Part shown: positions 41,249-51,757 of the stretch, piece after piece | Position numbering within the stretch: position 1 is the stretch's first letter | How the letters are laid out: the number at the start of each line of letters is the position of its first letter | Assembly (NCBI GenBank): GCA_019704295.1 | Contig: AP024596.1 | Span: 128,001 to 192,000, forward strand | Reading direction: 5' to 3' | Source: Sulfolobales archaeon HS-7 | GTDB lineage: Archaea > Thermoproteota > Thermoprotei_A > Sulfolobales > Sulfolobaceae | DNA length: 64,000 bases | Made by a program: the position numbers and the translations under genes | The notes under the pieces: model-generated | Databases searched by the model: none | The model's input: the letters and a program-made list of their open reading frames with translations, nothing else | Told to the model about the DNA's origin: nothing

Positions 41249-42044
41249 TCGATATCACCTTATCGTATATTTCGTCTAAGTCGGGTAGGCGAATTTCATA
41301 CTTGTAATTAAGATTTCTTATGAAACTCAGCAACTCCTCCTCTCTGACGTTATACTTCTCTCCTGTTTCCACATTAATCACTTGATAGTAATTCGCGAAC
41401 TTCTTACGTAGCTCTCCCGTCTTTCCAAAAAGCAGGATCTTCCTATTCAGGAAATATATCCTATCAGATAACTTCTCCGCCTCTTCAAGGTAATGCGTAG
41501 TAAGAATTATCCCGGTTCCCGCTCTCTTGAGATCGGAGATTATATTCCAGACCTCTCTTCTAGATTGAGGGTCTAGTCCCGTTGTAGGTTCGTCCAAGAT
41601 TAGGTATTTTGGGGAGGAGGTCAGGGCAGAAGCTATAAGTACTTTCCTTTTATTCCCTCCAGAAAGAGCGTCTACTTTCTTATTTTCTATGCTAAATCGT
41701 TCCATTAATTCCTCTGTCATCTCCTTAGCTTCCCGCCTACTAAGACCTTTAAGCATACCCATAATGTAGATATGCTCGAAACTAGTTAACCCATCCATGA
41801 CATCTACGTCTTGAGGAACCACTCCCAGAACATCCAAGGCGTTGTACGGGTCCATTTCGTCTATTTCTATTTCCCCTTTATCGCTTTTGAGTTCCCCATA
41901 TATCTGCCTCATAAGGGTGGTCTTACCTCCACCGTTAGGTCCTAGAAAAGATACTACTTCTCCCTTATTAACGGAGAAGGTTACGTCTTCGTTTACGACT
42001 TTTCCCTTAAATGATTTCCATATGTGGGTACCGCTTATCATCAC
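41235..42044 (-). CDS. ABC-2 type exporter ATP-binding subunit
   Basis: GPNGGGKT, LSGGN, LILDEPT, TTHY. Paralog of 1803..2612. Confidence 0.95.
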   Translation of the reverse strand: MMISGTHIWKSFKGKVVNEDVTFSVNKGEVVSFLGPNGGGKTTLMRQIYGELKSDKGEIEIDEMDPYNALDVLGVVPQDVDVMDGLTSFEHIYIMGMLKGLSRREAKEMTEELMERFSIENKKVDALSGGNKRKVLIASALTSSPKYLILDEPTTGLDPQSRREVWNIISDLKRAGTGIILTTHYLEEAEKLSDRIYFLNRKILLFGKTGELRKKFANYYQVINVETGEKYNVREEELLSFIRNLNYKYEIRLPDLDEIYDKVISNEPN

Positions 42045-42702
42045 CTTAAATATAAAGGAATTTTACAATTATATATAATTTGTAAATAAGACTTTACTTG
42101 TGATAAAAAAGAGGGAGATCCTAGCATGAGTTTTTACTATAAGTCTAAACCTCTTAATATTATTTTTGTAAAGGATTCTTTACTCCCTTCTGTGTAGCAA
42201 TGAGCATTTAACGACACTACTAAAGTAACTATTTAGGTAACTTAGGTTAACGGCATTATGAAATATCGGTGTCGGCGTTTTTGCCCTTATAATCGCTCCG
42301 TGGAAAATAAGTAGGGATTCACAAAACTTAGGAAGGATCGGAGACCTTCTAGCATTAACAAACGGGTCATAAGCTCATGTAAGAGGAGAAGTGATTAACA
42401 CTATTGCCTCTTTCCTCAGTTTTAGGAAGTTCCATTATATTCCACATGAAGCATTAAGAATTTCCTTTTAGCTACACACTATAATCACTTTTAACGTAAT
42501 CCATATGAGGCTTAGGGAAGTCATGAATGATATCGTCAACAATATTTACTTAAGTTTTCCTGTCAACAAGAACTTTACGGAGACGCTAAGGTTAGCTCTC
42601 TTCATTACAAGACTCCTAGGGAGTTCTTCCTTTGAGTTGTTGAGTTTTGTAAATTCGGCTTTACGTAATAATATATAATTGTAAAGTCGCTTATTAGGTT
42701 AC

Positions 42703-43974
42703 ATGGACGAAGGCATATTTGAGGCAATTTCGCACAGGATTAGGCGCGAGATAATAAAAGCACTGGGAGAAAAGAAGGAAATGACTTTTTCCGAACTCAT
42801 GAACCAATTATCACTAGAAAGCTCTGCCTTAGCTTTTCATTTGAGAAAGCTCTCAAAACTGATTGAGAAAAGAGGAGACGTTTACTATCTAACGGACTTG
42901 GGGAGAAGAACTTACGGTGTAATTCTTAGCCTAGAAAAAGGTGTCGAGCCACCTAAACAGGAGAGTGAGGTAAAGTCTGAATTACCAAATGAGGGGGGAG
43001 GAATTGAGGATTTCACACCTCTGGTAATAAGTGATAGACTAACCGTAAATGTTACGAAGAACCTAATCGAGGAACTTTATAGAACAAAGAGAAAATTGAT
43101 TATATCCGATGTAATGACAGTAACTTTTGATGACGACATAGACCCAGAAAAACTGCGAGTCGTCCTGGACGGGATCACTGACGTCATGACGGTCAATTGT
43201 CCTGAAAACTTACGTTATATAATTGAACCTAGGACGAGAGACGTTCTGACGGTTGGAAAGTCCTCAGGAATTGTGCCAGACATAGGAAACGTAATCATTA
43301 AGGAACTTGGAAGGGCTCTTTCAGGGAGTTTCAGGGACTGGATAAGACCTTCAAGAGGATACTCATTTAACACACCAAAGATCGCTTACGATCAACCTTT
43401 AAACGAGTTTGATAAGCTCGAAGTGGAAGCAGAGGGAGGTTTCGTTGCTATAGAAAGGGGAGCTCCTAGAGTTAAGGCTACGTGTAAGGACGCCGACGAT
43501 TTCGATATAGATGTAACTGGTAATAAGCTTAAGGTAGATTCCGAGGGATGTACAGTTGTAATTACGGCAACTGAATTGGAAAACATAAGAGTTATATTAG
43601 AAGGAGGGGCAATTACTGTAAAGGATTTCTCTCCTGGGGTGTTTAGATCGGAAATATCAGGAGGAGCTCTTTCCTTCTACCTTCAGGACATGGTTAATTC
43701 CTCCGTAGACATCTCTGCTTACGGTGGCGTAGTTACAGGTTCTATAAAGTATAATGAATTTGACGGAAAAGGGGAATTAAATATAGATGTCGAAGGAGGT
43801 ATATCTAAAATAATGTTAGGAATACCTCAGTCCGTAGGATTTAATGCGGAAGTAAAGCAAGAGATAGGAGTCGTCACTTGCCCTATCCCAATTCGGAAGG
43901 GCGAAAGAGGAGAACTTAGGGTTAAGGCAAGAGCATATGGAGGAACTTTAGAGTTAGAAGAATTGAAAGGATGA
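42703..43974 (+). CDS. ArsR-family wHTH fused to a repeat domain and a DUF4097/adhesin-like beta domain
   Basis: N-terminal FEAISHRIRREII..L...FSEL....SSALAFHLRKL. C-terminal (E/S/Y)GG repeats typical of DUF4097-like beta solenoids. Confidence 0.75.
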   Translation: MDEGIFEAISHRIRREIIKALGEKKEMTFSELMNQLSLESSALAFHLRKLSKLIEKRGDVYYLTDLGRRTYGVILSLEKGVEPPKQESEVKSELPNEGGGIEDFTPLVISDRLTVNVTKNLIEELYRTKRKLIISDVMTVTFDDDIDPEKLRVVLDGITDVMTVNCPENLRYIIEPRTRDVLTVGKSSGIVPDIGNVIIKELGRALSGSFRDWIRPSRGYSFNTPKIAYDQPLNEFDKLEVEAEGGFVAIERGAPRVKATCKDADDFDIDVTGNKLKVDSEGCTVVITATELENIRVILEGGAITVKDFSPGVFRSEISGGALSFYLQDMVNSSVDISAYGGVVTGSIKYNEFDGKGELNIDVEGGISKIMLGIPQSVGFNAEVKQEIGVVTCPIPIRKGERGELRVKARAYGGTLELEELKG

Positions 43975-44240
43975 GGCCCCTCTTAATCCCCTCACTTTCT
44001 TGATAGAAAAAAATTGACGATGATAGGAAAGGTCAACTGTTAATAAGCACTAATAATATACACAATATTTAACGTATGTGGCACTTTCGTGAGCTTGAAT
44101 GGGTTCTGTTACATAATACTTTCCTGAATTTTTACAGACATTAATACTATCTTTAACTCGAATTCCTAAGTTAATATTATAAATCTTTATGTGATTGGAA
44201 TTTAACAAAAGTTTTATTTCTCCCTTGATTTATACCGATA

Positions 44241-45497
44241 TTGACATCAATATTTGTATTTAGGAGGGATTTGAGGTTAGACGATAACACTGGCTTAGTC
44301 AACGTAGATGATGAGATAATTCCCGTCTTTATACTTGATCCTAGGCAGACCGAAACCAATGAGTACAAAAGCGATAGGGCAATAGAGTTCATGCTTTTCT
44401 CGTTGATTGAATTAAGGGACAGTGTTAGGGACAGAGGCGGAGAGCTCTACGTGATTAAGGGTATTCCTGAGGAAGTTTTACCCAAACTTTCACAAAAGTT
44501 TGGGGCCGAGCTTATCATGAATAGGGACTACACTCCGTTCTCGAGAGCTAGAGATCAGAAAATAAAAGCGACGTTCTTTGATGACTATCTACTTATTGGC
44601 GACCCGGATAAATTTGAAGTGAAGAGGACGTTTTCCTCATTTTACAGAGACGCATTGAAAAGTCAACCACGCAGGCCGATACCATTCAAGGGGGATTTTA
44701 GGGAAGTAGAACTAGAGTCCGTAGAATTACGTTCGAACTCCCCTCTTGGAGGTAGGCAACAATGTATGGAGAAGTTAGATGGCTTGAAGGACATGACAGA
44801 GGTGGATTACGAAGGAATAAGGAACGATCCTATGAATCCTATAATGCTCTCACCGTATATAAAGTTCGGAACCTGTTCAATAAGGGAGGTGTATTACGCC
44901 TCAACACATATTCCCAGCTTAGTTAGACAACTCTACTGGAGGGACTACTACACCTTGATTGCGTATAGGTTTCCTAAGGTATTTGGCAACCCGTTTGATG
45001 AGAGGTACAGGAATATCAGATGGGACAACAATAATGAGTTAATTGAAAAGTGGAAAGAGGGCAAAACGGGCTTTCCGATTGTTGATGCGGGCATGAGGCA
45101 ACTTAATAAGGAGGGCTTTATTCATAACAGGATTAGGTTGGTAGCGAGTTCTTTCCTAGTTAAAGTGTTACATGTAGATTGGAGAATAGGAGAGAAGTAC
45201 TTCGCCACCAAATTGATTGATTACGATCCATCAGTAAATAACGGAAATTGGCAATGGGTTGCATCAATGGGACTCGACCCTGTTCCGTACGTAAGGGTTT
45301 TTAATCCTTGGATTCAGCAGAAGAAATTAGATCCGAATTGTAACTACGTGAAGGAGTATATTCCAGAAATTAATGATGTAGATTGTAAAAAAATACACGA
45401 AGCTTATAAATACGATTTGACACCTTATCCTTCTCCCGTTGTTAATTATCGCGATGAAATAGAAAGGACTAAAAGGGAGTATATGTCACTGACCTGA
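44241..45497 (+). CDS. phrB: Deoxyribodipyrimidine photolyase (class I CPD)
   Basis: FRRDLRLDDN, LSPYIKFG, QLYWRDY, GKTGFPIVDAGMRQL, HNRIR, DYD..VNNGNWQW, RVFNP. Confidence 0.95.
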   Translation: MTSIFVFRRDLRLDDNTGLVNVDDEIIPVFILDPRQTETNEYKSDRAIEFMLFSLIELRDSVRDRGGELYVIKGIPEEVLPKLSQKFGAELIMNRDYTPFSRARDQKIKATFFDDYLLIGDPDKFEVKRTFSSFYRDALKSQPRRPIPFKGDFREVELESVELRSNSPLGGRQQCMEKLDGLKDMTEVDYEGIRNDPMNPIMLSPYIKFGTCSIREVYYASTHIPSLVRQLYWRDYYTLIAYRFPKVFGNPFDERYRNIRWDNNNELIEKWKEGKTGFPIVDAGMRQLNKEGFIHNRIRLVASSFLVKVLHVDWRIGEKYFATKLIDYDPSVNNGNWQWVASMGLDPVPYVRVFNPWIQQKKLDPNCNYVKEYIPEINDVDCKKIHEAYKYDLTPYPSPVVNYRDEIERTKREYMSLT

Positions 45498-45565
45498 TAA
45501 GCAAGTTTCAAGATTAGAGCCCTTTTCAGTAAAACGTTTAATATGGGTTAGAGTAAGGAAATCAC

Positions 45566-45976
45566 ATGCCTCAGTACTTTATTTACAGGGATTATGTAAG
45601 AATATACGATACGGACGCGCAGGGAATAGTCCACTATGCCGGTTATTATAGGTTTTTTACTAATGCAATGGAGAGATTTATGGAACAGGAAATAAGGATT
45701 GCCTATCCTCTCGTAAATGAAAACCTGTGGTTTGTCATAGTTGAGTCTCATGCTGAGTATAAAAAACCGGCTAAGATCGGTGACGAGCTCAGCGTGTATC
45801 TCTCATACGAAGTCGTATCAGAAAAGGCCATAAAGTTCAAGTTCCTTTTAAGAAGGGATGAGGATGAAATAGCACAAGGGCATCTCGTTCAGGTGGCAAT
45901 AAACCCGAAGGAATGGAAATCCATTCCGATACCTCCAGAAGTGTTAAGTAGGTTTAAGGGATTCCTTCAATTCTAA
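45566..45976 (+). CDS. Acyl-CoA thioesterase (4HBT/YbgC hot-dog fold)
   Basis: VRIYDTDAQGIVHYAGY, YKKPAKIGD. Confidence 0.92.
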   Translation: MPQYFIYRDYVRIYDTDAQGIVHYAGYYRFFTNAMERFMEQEIRIAYPLVNENLWFVIVESHAEYKKPAKIGDELSVYLSYEVVSEKAIKFKFLLRRDEDEIAQGHLVQVAINPKEWKSIPIPPEVLSRFKGFLQF

Positions 45977-46007
45977 GTTTTTAACTGGCAAACTTTATAT
46001 TATTTAC

Positions 46008-46235
46008 ATGAAGGAATTCGATACAATGAGAATTGGGAAGAAAGGACTTACGACAGAGGTTTTAAACGAAATAAAGAGAAGGCTTAGGGAACATACAACA
46101 GTGAAAATTAAGTTTCCTAAGGACACTGATAGGAGAAAATACGCTAGTGAACTCGCGTCTCTAACGAATTCCGAATTGGTTGATCTTAGGGGATATGTTG
46201 CCACTTTGAGGAGGAAACGAAATGAAGCTCTCTAA
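46008..46235 (+). CDS. YhbY/CRM-domain RNA-binding protein
   Basis: IGKKGLT..V..EI...L.EH..VKIK...LVDLRG. Confidence 0.88.
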   Translation: MKEFDTMRIGKKGLTTEVLNEIKRRLREHTTVKIKFPKDTDRRKYASELASLTNSELVDLRGYVATLRRKRNEAL

Positions 46236-46743
46236 ATGGGGGTTCTTATCGGGAGTCTTCCTCTGGTGGTTTCCGCTCATCGGCCCTGCTATTTCAGGAT
46301 TAATAATTGCTTGGACAACGAGAAGAAATCCAGAATCTGTAGGTAATGCACTGATAACCTCAGTTGTTATGTCAACTATTACCTCCTTACTAGCAATCTA
46401 TGTGATAAAGATTCCTCTACTTGGTAATCTTCTATCCACGTTTGTAATCATAATGAACGTTTTGGGATCTGCACTTTGTATGGGATTGGCGTATTATGTT
46501 GTAAGAAGGACTATGATTACTTACGCAACCCCCGAGGGGGCTCACATAGAATTCCATACAGATTCGCTAGATGAAGCTAGGGAGAGAATATCCTCAATGT
46601 TTGGTAACACCTGCTCAGAACCCAAATACGAACTCCATGAGGACAAAGTTAACGGTACGATGGAATGCCTAGGCAAGGAAATTAAGTACGAAATAACGAA
46701 AGAGCTTGACGGTTATAGGGTAGTTGTGAACATAGAGACGTGA
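46222..46743 (+). CDS. Hypothetical membrane protein (3-4 TM plus soluble C-terminus)
   Basis: WFPLIGPAISG motif. Overlaps the yhbY-like gene. Confidence 0.72.
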   Translation: MKLSKWGFLSGVFLWWFPLIGPAISGLIIAWTTRRNPESVGNALITSVVMSTITSLLAIYVIKIPLLGNLLSTFVIIMNVLGSALCMGLAYYVVRRTMITYATPEGAHIEFHTDSLDEARERISSMFGNTCSEPKYELHEDKVNGTMECLGKEIKYEITKELDGYRVVVNIET

Positions 46744-46978
46744 ATACCGTTATTGGCTTCATTTTTCATGTAGATTACCTGCTTTACCAATTCGCGTGAA
46801 TCACGTCTCCGTTAGATACCCGTAAGGTATAGCATTCAGAGAGCCCGTGTAACTCCTACGTATATTGTCCAAAAAGCCTGGCTTTTCTACTAACTAGTAC
46901 TTCTCCGCGTTTCAGGAAATTTTGAGGTATTTGCGGTTAAGTAGTAATTATGAAATTCTCCTGTTTAGGGGAGATAAC

Positions 46979-47524
46979 TCACCTTACAATTACGTAAACT
47001 AAGTAAGCTATTGCACCTATTGAAATTAGTATATCGAATGCCTTAGTTATTCTTAACGGAATGTTGGGTAGGACCTTTCCGACTAATAACAGGGTCAATG
47101 AAGATACTACAGTGAACAATAGTAGAAGTCCTACACCGTTAAGAAGACCTAGATCCGAAGCCAGTATTGCAACCAGAACTTTACTTGGAGTTAAGGCTAA
47201 ACCGCCTTGAACTATTCCTGTTTTAAACCCAAACTCTATTTCCTTATTAGCTAATAGGGAATAAAGAAATACAATGCTTATTCCAATTCCAAAGATATCC
47301 CCTGCAATATCTAAAAACGGCAGATATCCTAAGATGAGAACTATAGGTATGCCAATAATGAGGAAGCCTAAGCCGTGAGATAATGCAAATTTCCACACTG
47401 TATTGAAGTTCTTAGCACTCCTTAACGTTACGATGTGATCTGGTTCAACAGCATGCATAACTCCAAATCCCGTAACTAAAAGTACCACTGAATAAGCAAT
47501 TGTGACGAATACTTCAAGCTGCAT
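46979..47524 (-). CDS. Nickel/cobalt transporter-like protein (NiCoT/UreH/RcnA type)
   Basis: GVMHAVEPDH signature, FALSHG. Confidence 0.78.
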   Translation of the reverse strand: MQLEVFVTIAYSVVLLVTGFGVMHAVEPDHIVTLRSAKNFNTVWKFALSHGLGFLIIGIPIVLILGYLPFLDIAGDIFGIGISIVFLYSLLANKEIEFGFKTGIVQGGLALTPSKVLVAILASDLGLLNGVGLLLLFTVVSSLTLLLVGKVLPNIPLRITKAFDILISIGAIAYLVYVIVR

Positions 47525-47711
47525 AAATTACGTTTGTTTAATGTTTAAAATGTTTGACTAACACCTTCCTAGGTTTTCAGGCTAACGTTAAAAACTATTA
47601 GAGCGAGCTTCAGATAATGAGCCTTCGCGTTTGCTAAAGTAAAATTTTTCAAAAATTCAGGACGTGTTTGCACTTTTCAATCATATTTTAAATCAGATTA
47701 ATTAACCATTA

Positions 47712-48854
47712 GTGAAATTGTTATCTGTGATTCCTACTGTAGTTACCATTGCTGGGTCTGACTCGGGCGGAGGGGCTGGACTTCAGGCGGATCTAAAGAC
47801 GTTCACATCCCTTGGAGTATTCGGAACTACGGTTATAACTAGCGTAACAGCCCAGAACACCCAGGGTGTTATAGCTACTTTCGATTTACCTCCAGAGATG
47901 ATCAGAAAGCAGTTTAATGCCATAATGGCCGACATTTCTCCAAAGTATGGTAAAACCGGTATGTTAAGTTCACAGGAAATAATTGTCGAGGTCATAAATG
48001 CCGTAAAGGAGTACGATGTAAAACTCGTCGTCGATCCCGTCATGATCTCTAAGACTGGATACCCCCTCATGTCGAAGAGTTCAACCGAGTCCATTATACG
48101 ACTTGTGAAATCCGGAATACTGGTAACTCCCAATATTTACGAGGCGGAGAGGCTTTCAGGGGAAAAGATCTCTTCAGCTGAACAATTAAGGATCGTTGTC
48201 AAGAAGCTATATGATCTTCTTGGAAACGTAGTTGTAAAGGGAGGAAGGAGATTTAAGGGTTTAGATATTGCGATAATTGAAGGGGATGAACTTAACCTGA
48301 CAGGAGATTTCGTGGACACAAAGGACCTCCACGGTAGTGGGGACGTATTTTCCGCGGCGATAACTGCCTTTCTCAGCAAAGGTATGTCATTAAGAAGGGC
48401 TATAGAGGAGGCGAAGACTTTCACTGTTAGTTCGATAAAGAACACCTCGCCTGTCGGAAAGGGGATAAACCCTGTAGATCCCTCTAAGGATTTGCTTAGA
48501 TTAGCTAATAGAGAAAGGGCCAGAGAGGAGCTAGAAGAAGTGGTGTATTGGCTGGAGAGGAAGATGAATCTGTCGGAGATTATACATTCCGAGGGCAAGA
48601 TGAACGTGGGCATAAGGACGGAAGATGGAGACGTTTTTTCTCTTGCGGGAGGAATAATAAAGTACATGGATTGGACGAAGGTCGACGGACCTATCGTAAT
48701 GGATGTAAATAACGAGGTAACTAAGTTCCTTAAGAAGGGGAAATCCAAGTACGCAATCTCGATCTCCCTTTCCAATAGGGAACCTGGGAGAACTATAACT
48801 TTCCTTGAGGCAAATTCGGTCGACGAACTCCTGGATAAGGTGAGGTCTAAGTGA
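47712..48854 (+). CDS. thiD: Hydroxymethylpyrimidine/phosphomethylpyrimidine kinase with a degenerate ThiN-like C-terminus
   Basis: TIAGSDSGGGAGLQADLKT, TAQNT, KTGML, VDPVM, TPN..EA, HGSGD. Confidence 0.93.
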   Translation: MKLLSVIPTVVTIAGSDSGGGAGLQADLKTFTSLGVFGTTVITSVTAQNTQGVIATFDLPPEMIRKQFNAIMADISPKYGKTGMLSSQEIIVEVINAVKEYDVKLVVDPVMISKTGYPLMSKSSTESIIRLVKSGILVTPNIYEAERLSGEKISSAEQLRIVVKKLYDLLGNVVVKGGRRFKGLDIAIIEGDELNLTGDFVDTKDLHGSGDVFSAAITAFLSKGMSLRRAIEEAKTFTVSSIKNTSPVGKGINPVDPSKDLLRLANRERAREELEEVVYWLERKMNLSEIIHSEGKMNVGIRTEDGDVFSLAGGIIKYMDWTKVDGPIVMDVNNEVTKFLKKGKSKYAISISLSNREPGRTITFLEANSVDELLDKVRSK

Positions 48855-49711
48855 TTACGGTTGTAGGGAGCTACAACGTCGACTTGATAATAAGGGTTGA
48901 GAAGTTCCCTCAAGCAAGTGAAACAGTGTTTACGGAAGGGGTTAAGGTTTACCATGGAGGGAAAGGTTCGAATCAAGCCGTATCTGCCTCCAGATTGAAT
49001 GGGAGGGTAACGTTGATCGCAGCAGTGGGCAACGATAACTATGGTGAAGAAGCGATTAAGTTCTGGCAGGAGGAGAAAGTCGATACTTCCTATGTTAAGG
49101 TGAAAAGGGGAAGAACTGGGATGGCATATATCTTAGTTAACCGTAAGGGTGAGAACATGATCGTGGTTGATAGGGGGGCTAATTCTATGTTGACCTCGTC
49201 GGATTTAGACGGTACTTTAGGGAAGGTGACTTTGATTCAACTCGAGGTGAATATGGACGTTGTGAAGACAGCTCTTACTAAATCTCATGGAGTCAAGATA
49301 CTTAATCCCGCGCCGGTCGTTAGTGAGGTTAGAAGTCTCCTGGAAATGGTTGATGTTCTAACTCCTAATGAAATAGAGTTTATGGAACTTACAGGAACTA
49401 ACGACCTTTCCTACGGGACGTTAGTTTTGCTAAAACGCGTTAACAAAGCGGTTATAGTTACATTAGGAGAAAAAGGAGCCTTCTTAGCAACTAGAAATAG
49501 GGCTTTCAGGATACCATCTCCTAAAGTAAAGCCGGTAGATACTACGGGAGCAGGAGATGTCTTCAACGCAGCTTTAGCCGTTGCTCTACATGAGGAAATG
49601 GATTTAGAAGATGCGGTAAGTTTTGCGAACAAGGTCGCATCTGTATCAGTTATGACGGAGGGGGCCTTAGGTCCTACGATTGAGGAGGTGAGGAAACATT
49701 TTGAGGTATAA
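48851..49711 (+). CDS. rbsK: Ribokinase
   Basis: GSYNVD, GGKGSNQA, QLE, NPAP, PNEIE, DTTGAGDVF. Confidence 0.92.
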   Translation: MITVVGSYNVDLIIRVEKFPQASETVFTEGVKVYHGGKGSNQAVSASRLNGRVTLIAAVGNDNYGEEAIKFWQEEKVDTSYVKVKRGRTGMAYILVNRKGENMIVVDRGANSMLTSSDLDGTLGKVTLIQLEVNMDVVKTALTKSHGVKILNPAPVVSEVRSLLEMVDVLTPNEIEFMELTGTNDLSYGTLVLLKRVNKAVIVTLGEKGAFLATRNRAFRIPSPKVKPVDTTGAGDVFNAALAVALHEEMDLEDAVSFANKVASVSVMTEGALGPTIEEVRKHFEV

Positions 49712-50905
49712 TTACGGGGGAATCTCCTTTTTCACTTGAGGGGGTTCAGCCCTTTTTGATAAGAGATACATGTAAAGGTAACCTCCTAGAGCCTGGAGGA
49801 GGCCCCCTAATTCTAGGGGAAGTCCAGGAAAATCCTCAAGTAAGTAACCACTGATCCCAGAGCTCATTTGAGAAACCCTCGTAACCACTCCTTGTAGACT
49901 CGAGGCCGAACCGTAATCCTCAGCTGAAACTCCCCTGATGTTAGTTACATTTCTGTTAGGAAGTCCGATTCCTGCGTTTATAGCTCTTATCGAGTAAAGC
50001 GCTCCCGCTAGGACCATATAGGGAGACAGCCCCATAGCGACAAGGAGAACTCCGTTCACAATTCTAGTTATGTACGCTAGTTTCAAAGGATTTCCTTTTA
50101 TTCTAGTAGCCACCAGTGATCCTAGGGCTGAACAGATACTTCCTGAGGTAAATATTATTCCTATATCGAAGGGAGAGGCGTGGTAAAACACCTTAAACCA
50201 GAGGGTAAGTAGGGGTATTGATAATCCCAATCCGAATCCGGTTACCGCATTACTTATTATAACCCGGGAAATGTAATTCGCTGACGAACGGGTAATGAAT
50301 TTAGTTGTCTTCTTCTCTCTCTTTTCCTCCTTAACGTAAACTAAGTTAGCCACAGAGAACGCTAGAAGAACTGCTGACACCTCAAAGAGAATTCTATAAG
50401 AGGTTACTGTGGGCAACGGAATGAACTTTATCGCCGAAATCATCAAACTACCTCCGACTCCGGCAAATCCAGCTGCTGAGAATAAAGTTCCCATTCTAGA
50501 AACGCGTTCCTTTTCGTCTTTCCAGTTGCTTACTACGAGAGCTGTTAAACCCGGGGAAAAGGCGCCCCTGGCAGCACCGGCGTTGCCGCTAATACCGGTA
50601 ATTATTAGCGCGGGAATGATTAAGTTAATCTTACTTGCAAGTCCTAGCATAATGAGTCCGATCAACGGAAAAAGATCACCGATAATTAGCGATTTCTTAT
50701 ATCCGAATCTATCTCCAAGGTACCCAAGCAATAGCGAGAGACCTGCAGTAAATCCTATGACCCCGAAGAATATTACCCCAATTACCGCCGGATTAAGTCC
50801 TAAAGCCGACAGATAGAGGGGCGATGCCAGGCTGGCGTATATTAAGCCTACACTTCTTAAAATCCTTGAGAGAAGTAAATTAAAAAACCCTCTATCGTTT
50901 TCCAT
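49712..50905 (-). CDS. MFS transporter
   Basis: GYLGDRFGYK motif A, about 12 TM. Confidence 0.9.
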   Translation of the reverse strand: MENDRGFFNLLLSRILRSVGLIYASLASPLYLSALGLNPAVIGVIFFGVIGFTAGLSLLLGYLGDRFGYKKSLIIGDLFPLIGLIMLGLASKINLIIPALIITGISGNAGAARGAFSPGLTALVVSNWKDEKERVSRMGTLFSAAGFAGVGGSLMISAIKFIPLPTVTSYRILFEVSAVLLAFSVANLVYVKEEKREKKTTKFITRSSANYISRVIISNAVTGFGLGLSIPLLTLWFKVFYHASPFDIGIIFTSGSICSALGSLVATRIKGNPLKLAYITRIVNGVLLVAMGLSPYMVLAGALYSIRAINAGIGLPNRNVTNIRGVSAEDYGSASSLQGVVTRVSQMSSGISGYLLEDFPGLPLELGGLLQALGGYLYMYLLSKRAEPPQVKKEIPP

Positions 50906-50919
50906 GAAGGAGATTATAA

Positions 50920-51447
50920 GTGGTTAAAGAAGATATATTTTGCGGTATTGATTTAGCGGTTAAGAGACCGTCTGACGTAGCCGTTATTTCAGAGGGGGAG
51001 TTGTCCATCTACAGGATTTTGTCAATGAAGGATATATACACTATTTGTAAACCTGCCGTTTTGACGGGGGTAGACTCGCCACTATCCTATTTCGACGGAT
51101 ATAGGGAGGTCGACAGGGCTATGATAAGAAACGGTTTCAGGGTCTTTCCTCCAAACTTCTTAAGGGAATTAGTGGCAAAAGCCCTAGAGATTAAAGGAAC
51201 AATACCAGTAATAGAAACCCACCCGACCTCCTCTATGAAAATTCTCGCGGTCGATTGGAGGAGTTACACTAAGAGAAAGGACGCATTCGATGCCGTGCTG
51301 TCAGCACTTGCAGCAGTGGCAACGTGGAAAGGAGAAGCTGTAAAGATCTCTGGGGGCGGCGAAACGATATACCTAGTTCCTAAGGACTATAAACCCCTTT
51401 TAGATAAGCTTTTTTCTCATTATCATGAGACATCACCTAGTCAATGA
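50920..51447 (+). CDS. DUF429-family predicted nuclease (RNase H fold)
   Basis: GIDLA, VDSPLS, R.VDR, IETHP, D.FDA. Confidence 0.85.
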   Translation: MVKEDIFCGIDLAVKRPSDVAVISEGELSIYRILSMKDIYTICKPAVLTGVDSPLSYFDGYREVDRAMIRNGFRVFPPNFLRELVAKALEIKGTIPVIETHPTSSMKILAVDWRSYTKRKDAFDAVLSALAAVATWKGEAVKISGGGETIYLVPKDYKPLLDKLFSHYHETSPSQ

Positions 51448-51757
51448 CTTGATCGTCCGCTGTAGTAAGACGTTGAAAAACGTTAAATCGCTTTTGTTTA
51501 ACATTTCGTGGGATGCACTTACAAAATGGCAGAAGGACATACACCTTCCCGAATTTTCCGTAATTGACGTAAAAGTGCATTAAGACATTAATATTCGAAT
51601 TAATGGTTCTTCAATTAGGAAATACAGGTATTAAGAACTCAAGAAGAGTTGATATATTGTAGGATAGCTTTAAGGTAACCAATCTGTCCTCTATTATTAA
51701 CGGTAAAAAAATCAACATAAGTAAACTATTTAAAGGTATATCGTTAGTCTGTTAACT

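Noticed and set aside
42150-42620. Possible EamA/DMT transporter remnant (RIGDLLAL)
   Set aside because: Only one short motif amid stops, insufficient without alignment
46780-46890. Three tiny hairpins between convergent genes
   Set aside because: Stems of 5-6 bp, not distinguishable from chance or terminator DNA
48137-48976. 279-aa minus-strand ORF
   Set aside because: Antisense shadow of thiD/rbsK with Ser/Phe-rich composition. The same applies to the other nested short ORFs inside called genes.
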